In this document: in pieces, positions 1 to 13,810 of the stretch
Numbering within the stretch: position 1 is the stretch's first letter
Layout: each line of letters opens with the position of its first letter
From: Octopus vulgaris
Lineage: Eukaryota
Assembly (NCBI GenBank): GCA_951406725.2
Contig: OX597815.1
Coordinates: 37,510,001 to 37,574,000 of the forward strand
DNA length: 64,000 nt
Direction: 5' to 3'
Position numbers and translations under genes: made by a program
Notes under the pieces: generated by a model
What the model was told of the DNA's origin: nothing
What the model saw: only the letters and a program-made list of their open reading frames with translations
Databases searched by the model: none

Positions 1-88
1 GTGCTACACACCCCTTCGAAGGAATTCCTTTCCTTAGTGACGATTTTTTTCCTCCGTCTTCCTTTCTTTGGATCTTTCCTTTTCCTAT

Positions 89-123
89 GTTTCTGACGAA
101 GAGCTCCGCTCGAAACATTAAAT
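89..123 (+). ncRNA. Minimal type I hammerhead ribozyme motif (slightly degenerate) in a PLE-type terminal repeat
   Basis: GTTT-CTGACGA-A-GAGC(TCC)GCTC-GAAAC-AT-T-AAAT: CUGANGA core, 4-bp stem II and GAAA. Stem III ACGT is mutated to ACAT. Followed by a CCTGAGCGTC motif shared with the copies at 2087, 30327 and 62605. Confidence 0.7.
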
Positions 124-208
124 CCTCCTTCTTTCTTTCCTTTCCTGAGCGTCCAATAACACTATACGTGTTCCACGTCCTCGCGTTGTTGTGTTTTCAT
201 GTGTGGAT

Positions 209-431
<223 letters not shown>

Positions 432-545
432 GTCAGGGTATAATATGCACTTCTTTGCTAGAAAGAAGTGCTAAAATTTTCGAAAGCCACGCATCTTACA
501 CTATATGTAAACACCCATGGGGTATGTAACAGATATATTAAAAAC

Positions 546-778
546 TAGTCCTCCCCATTTGTAAAACCACAAAGAGCAGAGTAGATATAACAGCATCAAA
601 TGATTTCACTTTGTGTGCCGAATGGTACTTAAAACTCATCAGCTAGGGTTACTACGTAAACTATTTTTCAAAATGTATTTACCACGGAATGGTAAGTGCT
701 ATTCGGCACATTGAATGAACTCAATTTATACCAGGATATCTACTCTTCTCTTTGTGGTTTTACAAATGGGGAGGACTG
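546..778. repeat. Diverged local inverted repeat
   Basis: 546-588 (tagtcctccccatttgtaaaaccacaaagag..agtagatat) is the reverse complement of 736-778. gtgccgaat (~615) pairs with attcggcac (~701). Confidence 0.8.
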
Positions 779-989
779 TTCTTTAGTATACTTACTACCA
801 TCCCCGTGCCTGTTTACAAACATTGTGAGATGCGTTTTTTTGAGAATTTTAACTCTTCTTTCTCGCAAACAAGTGGATATTGCACCCTGACTTTTGATAA
901 CATATATTTTGCCTATTTTGGTTATGTTTGTTGGCCTCCTTATCATTATTCTTTTAAAGATAATGATAACTTAGTTGAATTTTGGTATA

Positions 990-990
990 A

Positions 991-1041
<51 letters not shown>

Positions 1042-1076
1042 TACTATTATTATTATTACTATTATCATCATCATCA

Positions 1077-1142
<66 letters not shown>
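990..1142. repeat. (AAT)n abutting (ATT)n, a self-complementary trinucleotide microsatellite
   Basis: Directly visible strand switch at ~1040. Confidence 0.95.
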
Positions 1143-1146
<4 letters not shown>

Positions 1147-1670
1147 TCGTAGCCACTTCAACATGACTGTTCAAACAGACTTTACTGCAACTTTTTAACC
1201 CCAAGAGCACTCCTCCTCTAGTTGGTTAACGATGAACACCTGCGTCCGAGATATTGCGAGCAGGGGAGAGACCCCCTACTACCTTCTAGCGACGGGACCA
1301 GCAGACAAGCCTGGTTTCGGGTTATTTCTGCCTCTCTACAGTCACCTCGCCTGCTAGAGATGCTCGCAATATATATAATTTGAAGCAACATACAGTCAAT
1401 GTTTGTGCAACAAATAAAAATGGCAGTTCTAAAGTCTCTCTAAGAGATCAATACAGTAGTTGTACTAATCAGAAGGTGGTTGGAGTTCGCTCCCCTGCTC
1501 GTAATATCTCGTTAACCAGCTAGAGGTGTCCTCCTGAGCTTAAAAACTCGCAGTAATGTCCGTTCGAACTGACAGCCATGTTGAAGTGGTTACGAACATT
1601 ACTTGTTTGTACAACTACTGCATTGATCTCTTAGATTTTAGAACTAGCATTTTTGCTTAAATATATATGT
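1141..1670. repeat. Complex diverged inverted duplication
   Basis: 1141-1270 (taatgttcgtagccacttcaacatg...gcgagcagggga) is inverted at 1490-1601. 1420-1465 is inverted at 1608-1650. Confidence 0.75.
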
Positions 1671-2030
1671 ATGTGAGGTACCCAAAAGTAAGCAGAAACG
1701 TTCTCTGTTGGACAAGACCATCGTAGTTCAGGCTTGCGCCGCTAGAGGCCACTTCATGCAACATTCAGGCATCAGTACTACCGCCACGTAGTGCGTCTTT
1801 GTTTTGCCGTGCTTCTCCCCAGTTCGTCGATTTTTGTGATGGTTGAAACGAAGGAACAATATGATTCCCTCTTGTGAAGTTCTGTTTTCTGCTGGGGAAA
1901 ACGCCGGCCAAAACAGTTCTCTTGCTTCAAACAGCTTACAAGCACGCTGCCAAGAGCAAAACACAAGTTTGCGAGTTGTTTTCACGCATTAGGAACGATC
2001 ACTTGTCGTTTGAGGTCTAACCTTGTTCAA
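1670..2030 (+). mobile_element. Mariner transposon 5' fragment
   Basis: Encodes VKFCFLLGKTPAKTVLLLQTAYK (mariner N-terminal HTH). TIR-like start after TA. Confidence 0.7.
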
Positions 2031-2047
2031 GACATACACAATAAATG

Positions 2048-2580
2048 TATTAGGTTGACGCTCAGGTTGAGATGGAAAAAACAGCGATTGACATTTCGAT
2101 CATGGCTCTTAGTTAGAAAGAAGAAAGATAAAAGGCTTGGAGAGACGAAAAAAGAATAGTCCGAGAAAAGCACGTGCGTCCTTACATGGCTGAAGTGATC
2201 GGAAGTGAAAGAGATAGAGTAAGTATTTTTCGAAGTCAGGAAAGCGATGAGGTGGAGGTGTAGGAATGCGTGATGGGAAGAAGATAAAAGAAGGAGGAAG
2301 GTGAGGAAGGAAGAAGAAATGTGAAAGACCCACGGTTGAAATAAAATGATACCTAATCAAAGGTACACAAACGACGTACTCCTAGGGAATTGAACGATGT
2401 AACATAAGCCAAGAGTAATGTAATCCTGTGTAAAGAAATCTATGAATCAGATACTCCAAATCATCGTCGGAAAAATGCAGAAGATCAGAATGACTGTGCA
2501 ACAATAAGCAAATCAAAAGTAAAAACAAAAATATAGCTCGCACGCATACATGCAAACGTTATGTAAACTTTAGAAAATTT
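2048..2580 (-). mobile_element. PLE-type terminal-repeat remnant with a degenerate HHR (2087-2120)
   Basis: Reverse complement reads CTTT-CTAACTA-A-GAGC..GATC-GAAATGTC followed by CCTGAGCGTC, the same layout as 89-160. Confidence 0.5.
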
Positions 2581-3102
2581 ATCCCACATTCATCGATTGA
2601 ATTCCCATATGCAGTATCCCTGAAATGTTTCTCTACTCGTAGCAACCACATGTAATGCTTTCACATCTTCCATATCTTGTGTGTTAAAAATAATTCTATA
2701 TCTAAGCATTTACGTAAACGAAAACGGTAATATGTAAGTTTATAGTATGTGTCCGGCTATAAACATTTGTGTGTGCGCATTGACATGGGTGATTTTATAG
2801 GCGTTCAAGCATATTTAGCAAGGTCGTGACGTTTCACAGCGTTTCAAGGTAAGAGCACGACAAAGCGAAAATCTCCAATACGCTAGAATAAGAATACATA
2901 TTTAGACGTATACAGTGATGTTCAATAATTGCGAACAGATTAAGATGCAACCTAACAGAACGTATTCTATAAACTGATCATCAAGAAATATAGCATGACA
3001 TATTCTGCAGCTTGAAGTATTAAGTGGTTTATTCTGTACGTGTAAACCGTTGTTATTACGAACAAACATACCATAATATATGTATGCATACATGTGTATA
3101 TT

Positions 3103-3124
3103 TGTGTGTGTGTGTGTATGTGAG

Positions 3125-3198
<74 letters not shown>

Positions 3199-3240
3199 CG
3201 TGTGTGCTCGTTTGTATTTGTGTGAGCGTGTATGTGTATA
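3103..3240. repeat. (TG)n microsatellite
   Basis: Directly visible. Confidence 0.95.
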
Positions 3241-3526
3241 CATATATAGGGATCAATGCATGTCTATAAATTCAGAATTTTGGACTAAATAAATTCCCGA
3301 TTAAATGCTTGCGAGTACAAAAGACACATACGTAAAAAACACGTGCATATTCATCATTTCACTCTCCCACTCTATCTTTTACCGGAGTATGCTTACTGCT
3401 GAGAATCACCATTCATCACTTTTACTTCCGCCAGGCATTAACTTACATGATATTCTTTTATTTTGCTTCTTGACAAAGGATTATAATCCAAATCTACTGA
3501 GACAGCATTCAGAATATTCAGTTATT

Positions 3527-3565
3527 TTCTCTGTTGATAAAAGGCCACTGCCGGAAACGTTGAAG
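3527..3565 (+). ncRNA. Degenerate hammerhead-like motif
   Basis: CTGTTGA-taaaa-GGC(CACT)GCC-g-GAAACGTT-GAAG. The surrounding element ends at a (TA)n tract at 3641. Confidence 0.45.
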
Positions 3566-3638
3566 TCTATTTCTTTTATTTCTTACGGTATAGATTAATC
3601 ATTCTTCGCTTTTGTTCGAGTTGTTTTGGTGATTCTTT

Positions 3639-3672
<34 letters not shown>

Positions 3673-4209
3673 CCAATATATATATATATATATAAAACCA
3701 ATACATTGAAGCAGTTTCTATCCCCAAATGAAACCAAACTAACTTTTATTAATATATCACTAAAATGACAGCAACCTTAGCTTCTCTCATGTACCTACAA
3801 GATGAAACTTCAAACTATTGGAGATTTACATAGTTATCTACACACAAATACACACAGACATACACATACACACAAAGATAGAACATATCACGGAATAATG
3901 CATATGCAAACTAAATAAATATACGAAGAAAAAATATCATCGTTTATACGTGATTCAGAACTCAGGCACATTTTTTTTTTCCTGATAAGGATAAATTTTA
4001 TGCAGCGAAACATTGTTCAGCTTTTTTACTTCCGGCATATATAGAATGACATGGAACCTTATACTGTTGCTCGGCGTCTTCTGACGAGTAGTAGCATTAA
4101 TTTATTCAGTCTCTTGATAAAGGACCCAAACCCGATAAGTTGAAGTCTATTCAGTTTCTTCTTTACAGTATAAATTAATTCCTCCATGTTTCTGTTTCTG
4201 AATCCTTTT

Positions 4210-4479
4210 ATACATGCATGCATACACACACATACATACATACAAACATACATACATACATACATACATACATACATACATACAAACATACATACATACA
4301 TACATACATACATACATACATACATACATACATACATACATACACGCTGCTTGCGTATTTACATACATATACACATACATATATACACATCTCTGTGTCT
4401 TTGTCTCTGTCTGTCTGCATGACCTTCTATCTGTGTGTCTGTCTGTCTGTCTGTCTGTCTCTGTCTCTCTCTCTCTCCC

Positions 4480-4515
<36 letters not shown>

Positions 4516-4530
4516 TATATGTGTGTGTGT
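4210..4530. repeat. Compound (TACA)n/(TCTG)n/(TA)n microsatellite
   Basis: Directly visible. Confidence 0.95.
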
Positions 4531-5454
4531 CTATATGTGAGGTTGTGTGTGTGTGTTTGTATATAATTGATATAGTGAGAATTTATATTTAGAATATATA
4601 TTTAGAAAATGCCAAATACTTCTTTTTACTAACGGTAAATCTCAATGCAAATAAAGTTAAAAATAATTGTGTATCTATGAAAGGTGTTATAAAGCACGAT
4701 GGACAGGAAAAAAATTGAAGGCTACTCGTGTATATATGTATATGCATGTAGCTATATATCGGAATTAAAAATCTACGGATTCATATGGTATTTTTAACTT
4801 TTGGAATTTGGATCTTCCTGAAGCCTGTCTTCTCATGTCTAGCGCCAGACTACAGGCAACAGTGTTTACAGAAGATCAGACGTATGGGCTACGTCTGCGT
4901 ATTACAAGAAAAAAAATGGGGACTGAATATTGAATCAAAATACAATAAGTATTCAAACATATGCAAAGGACAATGCTTCGGTGGAGCCATCTTACATGTC
5001 TTTTCTGGGCTATCTTTTTGCGTACACAACACTCTCCCTCATACACACACACCAGTAAATTCTCTTATACGCAGATGTGCGTTAACTCGAGGTAGCCAAC
5101 TTTTCTCTGTAAACTACCATCTTTCTAAGAATATACGCCAATCATTTTCGTATGCACACACGTAGATAATGTGCGTGCACTGACATCCGTACACACGCAG
5201 ATCTGCGCCCACTGCATAATTTAGGAAAAGGTGAGGTAGAAATGGCATAAAGGAGTATAGAGACACAGACAGAAGTACTGAGAGTGCACAGGAGAGTAAG
5301 TGAAAGAAGAGAGGTAAACAACATGAAGTATGAAAACAAACAAGTTAAATATGCAAACGAAAGAAAAATGGAAAACAAGACAAGTAACACAAAGAACGAC
5401 CCTTCATAAGCCGTCGGCTGCCTATCTACTCCTCATTTCGAGCATTCAACGATA

Positions 5455-5535
5455 TATGTATATATATTCATACATACATACATACATACATACATACATA
5501 ATACATACATACGTACATACGTGCATACGTACATA

Positions 5536-5613
<78 letters not shown>

Positions 5614-5622
5614 CCTACCTAC

Positions 5623-5700
<78 letters not shown>

Positions 5701-5705
5701 GTCTG

Positions 5706-5746
<41 letters not shown>

Positions 5747-5757
5747 ATATATATATT
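5455..5757. repeat. (TACA)n/(TATC)n microsatellite
   Basis: Directly visible. Confidence 0.95.
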
Positions 5758-5816
5758 AGATATAATGGCAAATGGATAGGACAAGTTCGAAGCAACACGG
5801 ACATTATATATATAAA

Positions 5817-7070
5817 TACAAATTGCATTCCAGAATTTTTGAGACTTTTCCAGGAGAAACATTAATTTCAAAGAAGTACATCTCTTTCAAAGGAGGATCC
5901 TCTTGTTTCAATGTAATTAATGTAGTGCTCCAACTACTACATGAAGGCCTATGGAACTCCTCAAAGGGAATGTGACTTTTACCCTTGTCAGAACCTCATT
6001 CACCTTCTCAGTGTCTTCAAAATGACTGCCCTTGAGGTTCCCCTTTAGCTTGAGGAACGACCAAAAGTCACACAGAGAAAATTTAAATCTAGGCTACAGG
6101 GCTAGTCTCTATCCAGTTGTTGGCTACGAAGATGGAATTGTGGACTAGTGCATTGCCCTGGTGCAGATATCGCTGACCAGTGTGCAAGAGCTCTGGCTTC
6201 TAGCGTCCAAATGTCTTCCTGAACGTCTTCAAAGCCTCCATAAGGTACTCTATGTTTACCGTCTGGGCAGAGGGAATCCGGTGAGTGCATATGATGGTCT
6301 TACTGTCAAAAATGTGATCACCATGAACTTTCTGTTTGACTTATTTTGCTTGGCCATCTCGGGGGAGCCAGAAAGCTTATATTGGGCACTCAGTTAGTTG
6401 GTCCCTGGATCATAACAGTAGTTCCAGTCTTTACCATCGATCACCTGAACCCCAAATACTCATGGCTTGGAGGTAACGAGTACAACTCTCTCCTTACTGT
6501 CACCAACGCATCTTTTCTTCTGCTTATCACTGAGCACTCTGGGAACAAACTTTGCACACATTGGCGCATGCTCGAATCTTCATGAATAATTCCGTGTACT
6601 GTTGCCACATCAACTCCATCTATGCTTATTGACTTTATAGACACGCAACGATCTTCAACCAGAAAATTACGTAAGTTCTCAACCAGCTCTGATGTTCCAA
6701 TGTCCCTCTCCCTCCAACACATCTAATCATCTCTCACTTCTTCTCAACCGTCTTTGAACCTCTTGTGCCAGCGAAAATTAAATGCTCGGGCATTTCTGTT
6801 TGCATTTTTGCCTAGTTTATTACAAAACTTTATTTCATAGTGAGCTTCCAAATAATCTTCACACCTGACTGCATGGTTCAAACTTGTGAGCTGTGACAAG
6901 CAATGTTTAGTAGGATGTATTCAAAAAGCTGTTATAGCCGTTTCCTTCAATGTGAAATAAAAAGTTGACAGGTCAGCTTATTAGATGTATAATAATGATA
7001 TATCAAGATTACAATAACCTAAGTGCGTTATAACTGTATCTCCAACAAGTCTCAAAACATCTGGAATATA
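5817..7070 (-). mobile_element. Degenerate near-full-length mariner element
   Basis: Imperfect TIRs ttccagaatttttgagactt (5828) and aagtctcaaaacatctggaa (7047). Transposase remnant ..ENLRNFLVEDRCVSIKSI..TVHGIIHED.. (6441-6722). Length ~1.25 kb. Confidence 0.8.
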
Positions 7071-7500
7071 CGTTGTTTAATCAATAAGTATCCGGATTGT
7101 TGCAATAGTAACGAATCTAAAGCCCACAGAGTGCAGCCGCTTGGAACAGATTGAGCTTGAAGTCTGCTGTGCATACGCTCTAAGGTTTAACATTCTAGCT
7201 CACTTCAACTGTTTACAGCAGTACTTGGAACGAAGGGAGGATCGTTGCATTGAACATGACAGAGAAAGTTGAGCAGAGAATCTGCATTAAATTTTGCTAA
7301 AAGCTTTGCGATACCTGCTCAGAGGCCTACGCAAAGTTTTCAAAAAGTTTTCATAGTTCTCGACACATTGAAGGAAATCTCGTGCAACTGAAACCTGAAT
7401 GTCTTTTGGTCACCTGAAAGCAGTTTTGCCATAAATTTGGCAGACACGCATGTCATACCCAAATCTTCAGTGATAATGGACTAAACTGAGCTAATCTGTA
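7068..7500 (+). mobile_element. Second mariner-derived fragment
   Basis: Encodes KVEQRICIKFC*KL..TCSEAYAK, a mariner N-terminus. Confidence 0.6.
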
Positions 7501-7504
7501 GGTA

Positions 7505-8930
7505 AGCGGTTAGGTGAACACTGGTGGATGTTGGCCTCAATAGCTGAGTTTTTGTGGATCAGGTATTTAGAAGCCATGGATTTGGCGTAGTGAGAATGAA
7601 GGCTCAGGATCTTATTATTCCTAGTTTTCAATCAGAGTTGTTTGTGTAATCTGTACATCCTCTGATAATGCACGGATGGCGGTCTGTCTATTACTGTGTG
7701 TTTGACCTCTGTGTAGCGTCTGTTCTATACGCTGATAATACCTTAAAATATGTGTTGTTAATCGAGCCGCCGTGTTCTAATTGAACATGTTGGTAGAGCA
7801 CTGACGAGCTTTTCTCCTCTTGAGCATCCTCCAGTGTTCACCTAATCGATTGCCTACTCAAAGTGCTGTCTTCTTAATGTATGTTGTTTCTTGTTTCTGT
7901 ACTACCCCTAAATAAACCGTATACTATAGACTGCATTCCTAATCTTACAGTTAACGTGTGGGTACATCCTACATACTATACAGTTGTTATCCGTACATGG
8001 GATATTTTCAAATGGCTGTGTTCTTCAAATATATGGGGATTCTTGGCCTTTCTTCTACTGTAATCTGTAGATTCATCTTATCTAAAGTTTTTCTGAAAAG
8101 GTATATTAGTTCGCCGCCAAGGGTAGCATCAACGAACATAACGTTGATATTTTTGGTTGTCATATCATGAATTGACCTTGTCTATCTTCTTGTTGTTTTT
8201 TTGCTGTACAGCGAGCAGACCCCATTTGCAATACTACCTATGATGGCCTTCTACTTAGCCCTAGTTCCTTTGTACACTCTGGTCCTGTCCCTATGGCTGT
8301 AGCCAGAGAACTGCATGCGGTGAACGAAGGGTTGTACGTGTCCTTCTAATTCCGTTGGGTCGCACATGCGGGACACGTTTATCATCACTCTTACCAAGCC
8401 TGCTCTTAGAATATTGAACTTGATGTTGGCCTCAATAGCTGCATTCTTGTGGACCAGGTATTTAGAAGCCATGGATTTGGCGTAGAGGGAATGAAGGATC
8501 AGGACCTTATTATTCCTAGTTTTCAATCAGAGTTGTTTGTGTAAGATAGGTAGTCTGAATTTAGGGTGCTTGCTAGGGTTATCTAGTGTTACTTTAATTC
8601 TCTGCTGGATGGAGTTAGTTATATGCTGGATGCTCTACAAAGTTCTAGCTTCGAGTTGATAGGGGTGCTTTTGCCACTATGTTGATATCCACTAACTGCT
8701 TTGGAGCTCTCTGCTAATCGTTCTTTAAGTTTCCTGTCCCACCATACCATAAGAAGTTTAGCCACATCGCCAGCGATACTAACATCGGCCCTGTGAACAT
8801 GTGGCTGTTAAGTGAGATTTTAGTACTCGCACCTACCGCATGTGCGACCATTTTTCTCATCTGATCATAGTTTTCAGGGTTCCGTATGGCTCTGCTCCAC
8901 CCGTTCTATCCCTCTCGATGGTCCTCTTGG
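7505..8930 (-). mobile_element. Penelope-like retroelement remnant (RT thumb plus GIY-YIG)
   Basis: ORF 8251-8526 YAKSMASKYLVHKNAA...FVHRMQFSGYS resembles the PLE RT thumb. Minus strand 7830-7950 reads CKIRNAVYSI...TYI.KTA..NRL.EH (GIY-YIG). Frameshifted. Confidence 0.75.
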
Positions 8931-10009
8931 CAATGAGGTAGGGATCTTACTGATCTAGTGGGGGAGAAATAGCAACGGTCGTGTTTGTCTAGATTCACTA
9001 TGTTACATAGGCATGGACACACACACACACGCGCGCAAACACACACAGATACAGACTTAAACAGCACAGAAAAATAGAATGGTCTAAACAGAATAGAAGC
9101 AGGCATGTGGGATGGAGAGTCGCTGAAAATGTCACAGGATGTATGATGAAAAGCTTTACAGAAAGGACACTAAAATAAGGATTAAGATATCTGAAGTGAA
9201 GAATATGTGGTTAATTGGAAAAAAAATTACCATCCTCAAATATAACTATATATGTTTAAACACAAGATTTCACATCAAGAATCTTGCAAGACAAATACAT
9301 TAATGTGTTTATATATTTACATCGTACTTGTGATTTGAAATTTCAACAATCTAGAAGTCACAAGGAATAAAATGTATCGTTGTAATCGCTACTAGAATTA
9401 TACTGGAAAACATTTAGAGAAAAAGAATTGTCTCTAAATTTAAGCATCTATTATGGCTATAGAATTTTTTGGCAGACAAATTACGTAGGCTTCTGTCAAA
9501 ACCTTTAAGTTACAATCTGCTCCACTAGTACACCAACTCTTCGTTTATAAACATTTAATGGGAAGCATATTTGAATAGCTTTTCTAAAGTAAACAGGAAT
9601 TCATTGGCCAATGTACAGAACAGCGATTCTCCGAGAATATCAATTACTTGCACATGAATTACTAAGAGAATCTTCCTCTCTCATTCTCTCTTGCAATTTA
9701 CATAAAGACCGGCTTTCGTTTCTATCCTAATTTCCGACGCAGATACACATACAAGAATAAACGGGGAAAAAAAAGGAAATCTCACTATCACAACACATGA
9801 CACCTACTCACCAAAGTACCTACACACACAAATATACATGACAGGGGTATATGTTTTACGTCTATGTGTGTTTATTAGTGTGTATGTTTTTGTATATGTG
9901 TGTATACATATGTGTGCATGTGTGTTTGTAGATATATGAATACACACATACAGTTTTGTCTATCTATTTCTGTATGTATTTATATATGTATATATTTGTA
10001 TATTATACA

Positions 10010-10059
10010 TAGATAAATGCATACAAATATACATACATATACATGTATATATATACATG

Positions 10060-10094
<35 letters not shown>

Positions 10095-10197
10095 ATATAC
10101 ATTTATACATATACATATGTAAAGTTTATATGTATATATGTATATATATATATATACATTTACATGCGTGTGAGTATATACATCTTTATATATATAT

Positions 10198-10242
<45 letters not shown>

Positions 10243-10454
10243 TATTAGGAAATTAAATGCCAGTCCATCGAGACTGACATTCTATCCGGTGAATGCTATC
10301 AAGGACAATATCTATATTTAACGGTATTGAACAAATATTCAAAACAATTAGAAAACCTGGGATATGCAGACACAATTCGGAAATCCTAATGCACACCCAC
10401 ACAGTCGAATACGCCCACGTACGCCGCCACAGATACACACTCTAGCATATATGA

Positions 10455-10514
<60 letters not shown>

Positions 10515-10598
10515 ATATATATATATACATATACATACCTACACACGCACATATATGCATATACATACCTACACACACATATATATGCATATACATAT

Positions 10599-10636
<38 letters not shown>

Positions 10637-10778
10637 TACGTATGTATGAATAATATACAAATATATACGTAAATAGATACACATATATGCAAATAAACAA
10701 AGATGTTTGTATGTATGTATGTATTAGTAAATTTACAAACGCACACACATATACATATATATATATACATATATGTAT

Positions 10779-10825
<47 letters not shown>

Positions 10826-10870
10826 TATGTATATACACACAGATATATGTATATATCTATGTATGTATAT

Positions 10871-10925
<55 letters not shown>
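10010..10925. repeat. Compound TA/CA microsatellite block
   Basis: Directly visible. Confidence 0.9.
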
Positions 10926-11939
10926 TGGCATGAGAAGCCGTGTATATGCATGTGTTTGAATATCCATGTCCACATATAAATCGTCTGTTTTCGTTAGGAC
11001 TGATGAAATAAATTGATTTTTGTGATGGAAAGCAAGTACCTCAGCGTCTGTGAGGCGTAAGGGGTGAGAAATTATTACCAACTCCAATAGTGCAGTCTAT
11101 GTTGGAATTAGCAGAAATCGATGACTATTAACTCTGTCCATCAGAATGTTCTCAAGAGATTAAAGAAATTAGTTCAGGGAATTCAAAATCTCGTACAGAT
11201 TGCAAATTTGCTATTCGACTTTATTGATTGTTTAGTAATTGTGAAAGCTGGCTTTGATACACATTTCCAGAGCATGCTATGGTAAGAGGTATTGGTGTAA
11301 GCGAATTACATTGAAGTGCTGAGTAGGATGGAAATATAATTGCATTAGAACGAAAGAAAGAGTGTACGAGAGAGTTAAGAGAAAATGAATAAGGTTGAAA
11401 AACACACTTGATGCTTCATAACGACTTCAATAATTAGTCGAGTGTTTTTGCCAATGAAAAAGTCACACGTTTTTGGACAATTTATTACGATTTATCTGTA
11501 AATTTATAGAATATTGACGGGAAATATAAGAATTATATCGCCAGTAATAAAATAAAAATTACTCCACTAATAACTGGAAATATAAATTTTACGGTTAAAG
11601 TTTGATAATGATGCTGCTGTTACTGGTAATGTTGATGAGGCTTCTTAGTTCTGCATTCTCGCTAGGACTTTGAGTGTGCAAATGGTTTTAAGCTTACTTT
11701 AATGAGTAAAAAGGGGATATGATAACCCGTTGATCATCTAGCTAAAGAGGATAATTGATGGTATAAGTGATAATTGATAGAATAACTTTTGGCTTCATGT
11801 AATATCACAAAAATCAATATTTCAGTCATATAGGAAATCATATTTTTGATAAGCCAAAACAATACTTAGCCAAAACAAGGTGTTCTCAGTCTTACGAATG
11901 TACACAGAGTTAATGCTGCAGAGGTAATGAGGAAAAGAA

Positions 11940-11976
11940 ATATACATATATACATACACATACATACATACATACA

Positions 11977-12070
<94 letters not shown>

Positions 12071-12079
12071 TATATATAC

Positions 12080-12115
<36 letters not shown>

Positions 12116-12145
12116 TTATATATATATACATATATATATATATAC

Positions 12146-12192
<47 letters not shown>
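11940..12192. repeat. (TACA)n/(TA)n microsatellite
   Basis: Directly visible. Confidence 0.95.
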
Positions 12193-12194
<2 letters not shown>

Positions 12195-12969
12195 AGTGCG
12201 AGAGTGTCAGTTTATCTATTTTGTCCATTAACGAAATGACTTAAGTGTTTTCCATCATTCGTGAAAAGCGTATAACAGATTTCTAATATCGATTTTATAG
12301 GAAGATACGTGACCTCAGTTATATGGCAACAGAAAATAATGTTTCATAGGCTTCGCAAATACGTTAGTAAGGTAAATCAAATGAGATATATAAAATAAAT
12401 CCAGATTGCTATCTCAAGTCTCGCAGAGCATATGATTTTTCAAAGATATACGCAATCCTTTCAATAAATGATAAAGAACCGGTGTGTTACTAACATTGAA
12501 TTATATGCATTCATTTTACTATGAGTCATTTTGATTAATATAAATGGAACAGGATGAAATGTAATTCATTTGATATGTATGTGAACCGTACGTTTATAAT
12601 ATGTTGAATCAAAGGAAATCATGGATTTTCGGCTAAGGTCTTAGCATCCAACCACATGGTTTGGGTTCCACTGCGTGACGCATCGTTAAATTGTTTGTAT
12701 CTTATTTTCTTTTTACTATAGGTCGTGTGTGACCTGTACGTAGCGAATAAAAAGCGTTGTACTTGTACTTCTTAGATGATAGATTTCGAATTTATTACTC
12801 AGTATTTGATATTAAAGAACACTTGTTTTATATTCCTTTAGAACTCATCAACTGATTTTTTAGTCATGTAGTTTTATCAAATGGCCACATTTGACAAGAT
12901 CACACCATTTAAACGAATGCAATTGGGTGTCTCAAAAAGGAAAAGACATTCTTATATATACATACGTGT

Positions 12970-13810
12970 GAGATGGCCCGAGGGTCTCATGGTCTCAAAA
13001 ACGACACATTGCCAACAAACATAGATAGAGTCCCTGTCAAATACTAATTCATGGAGAAAATTTCGCTCCAACCAACCAAGACAAATAACATTCTGGATCT
13101 CTGCTTCACAAACAATATGGATATCATTCATAATGGGAGAGTAACTATACGAAGCACTCGAAATCTCTCAGGTCTGAACTTTCATTAAACAAAGTGGAAA
13201 TCGAATCATAAAGAGTTCCTCATTCAAGATTAGCTTAAATGTCTGTCTACACCAGACATTTGCACGAAACTGAAACATTTCATGCCTGTAATGCAAGCCA
13301 TGTGTGAAAAGTCTGTGCCAGACCAATATACACATGAACGAAATTCCTAGGGAGAGGAAAATTCTAAGGAGACGATGGACAAAATTAACAAACCGCCTGA
13401 ACAAACATTTCAAAAGTAGTGAAATGTACCACCTGAAAACAACACTGTTGGAGATAAAAAAAAACTGCATCAGGTCCCTGAAAAAGAGAGAGCAGACAAG
13501 GATGCCTGGGTTATAAAAACATATTAAGTCAAACTTTAAAGCTTTCTTTAAGTTTGCCAAATAAATGGACTCAGTAAGCTACAAGATAGGGCCCCTTTTC
13601 TAAATGAACGGCTCCATCACAGGACATCAGTTGTGGATAAGTGAAATACTGAATGAACTGTTCAAACGTGTTTCTACTTCTCCTTTGGGACACAAGCAAG
13701 TGAAGAAACCAGTAGAGTTAATTGCTACTTCACTTGAAACCAAGAATACGATAATAATTGATTACATCGACATTAAGAGATGTAATACTTGTCATAGATG
13801 AGGTAGATGT
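12970..13810 (+). mobile_element. CR1-clade LINE ORF2 remnant (end of APE domain and linker)
   Basis: QPTKTNNILDLCFTNN (PTR..N.LDL motif), IKSNFKAFFKFAK, KIGPL and ISEILNELF. Multiple stops. Confidence 0.7.

Noticed and set aside
4075-4150. CTGACGA at 4081 and a nearby HHR-like remnant
   Set aside because: No GAAA partner or stems. Too degenerate to call.
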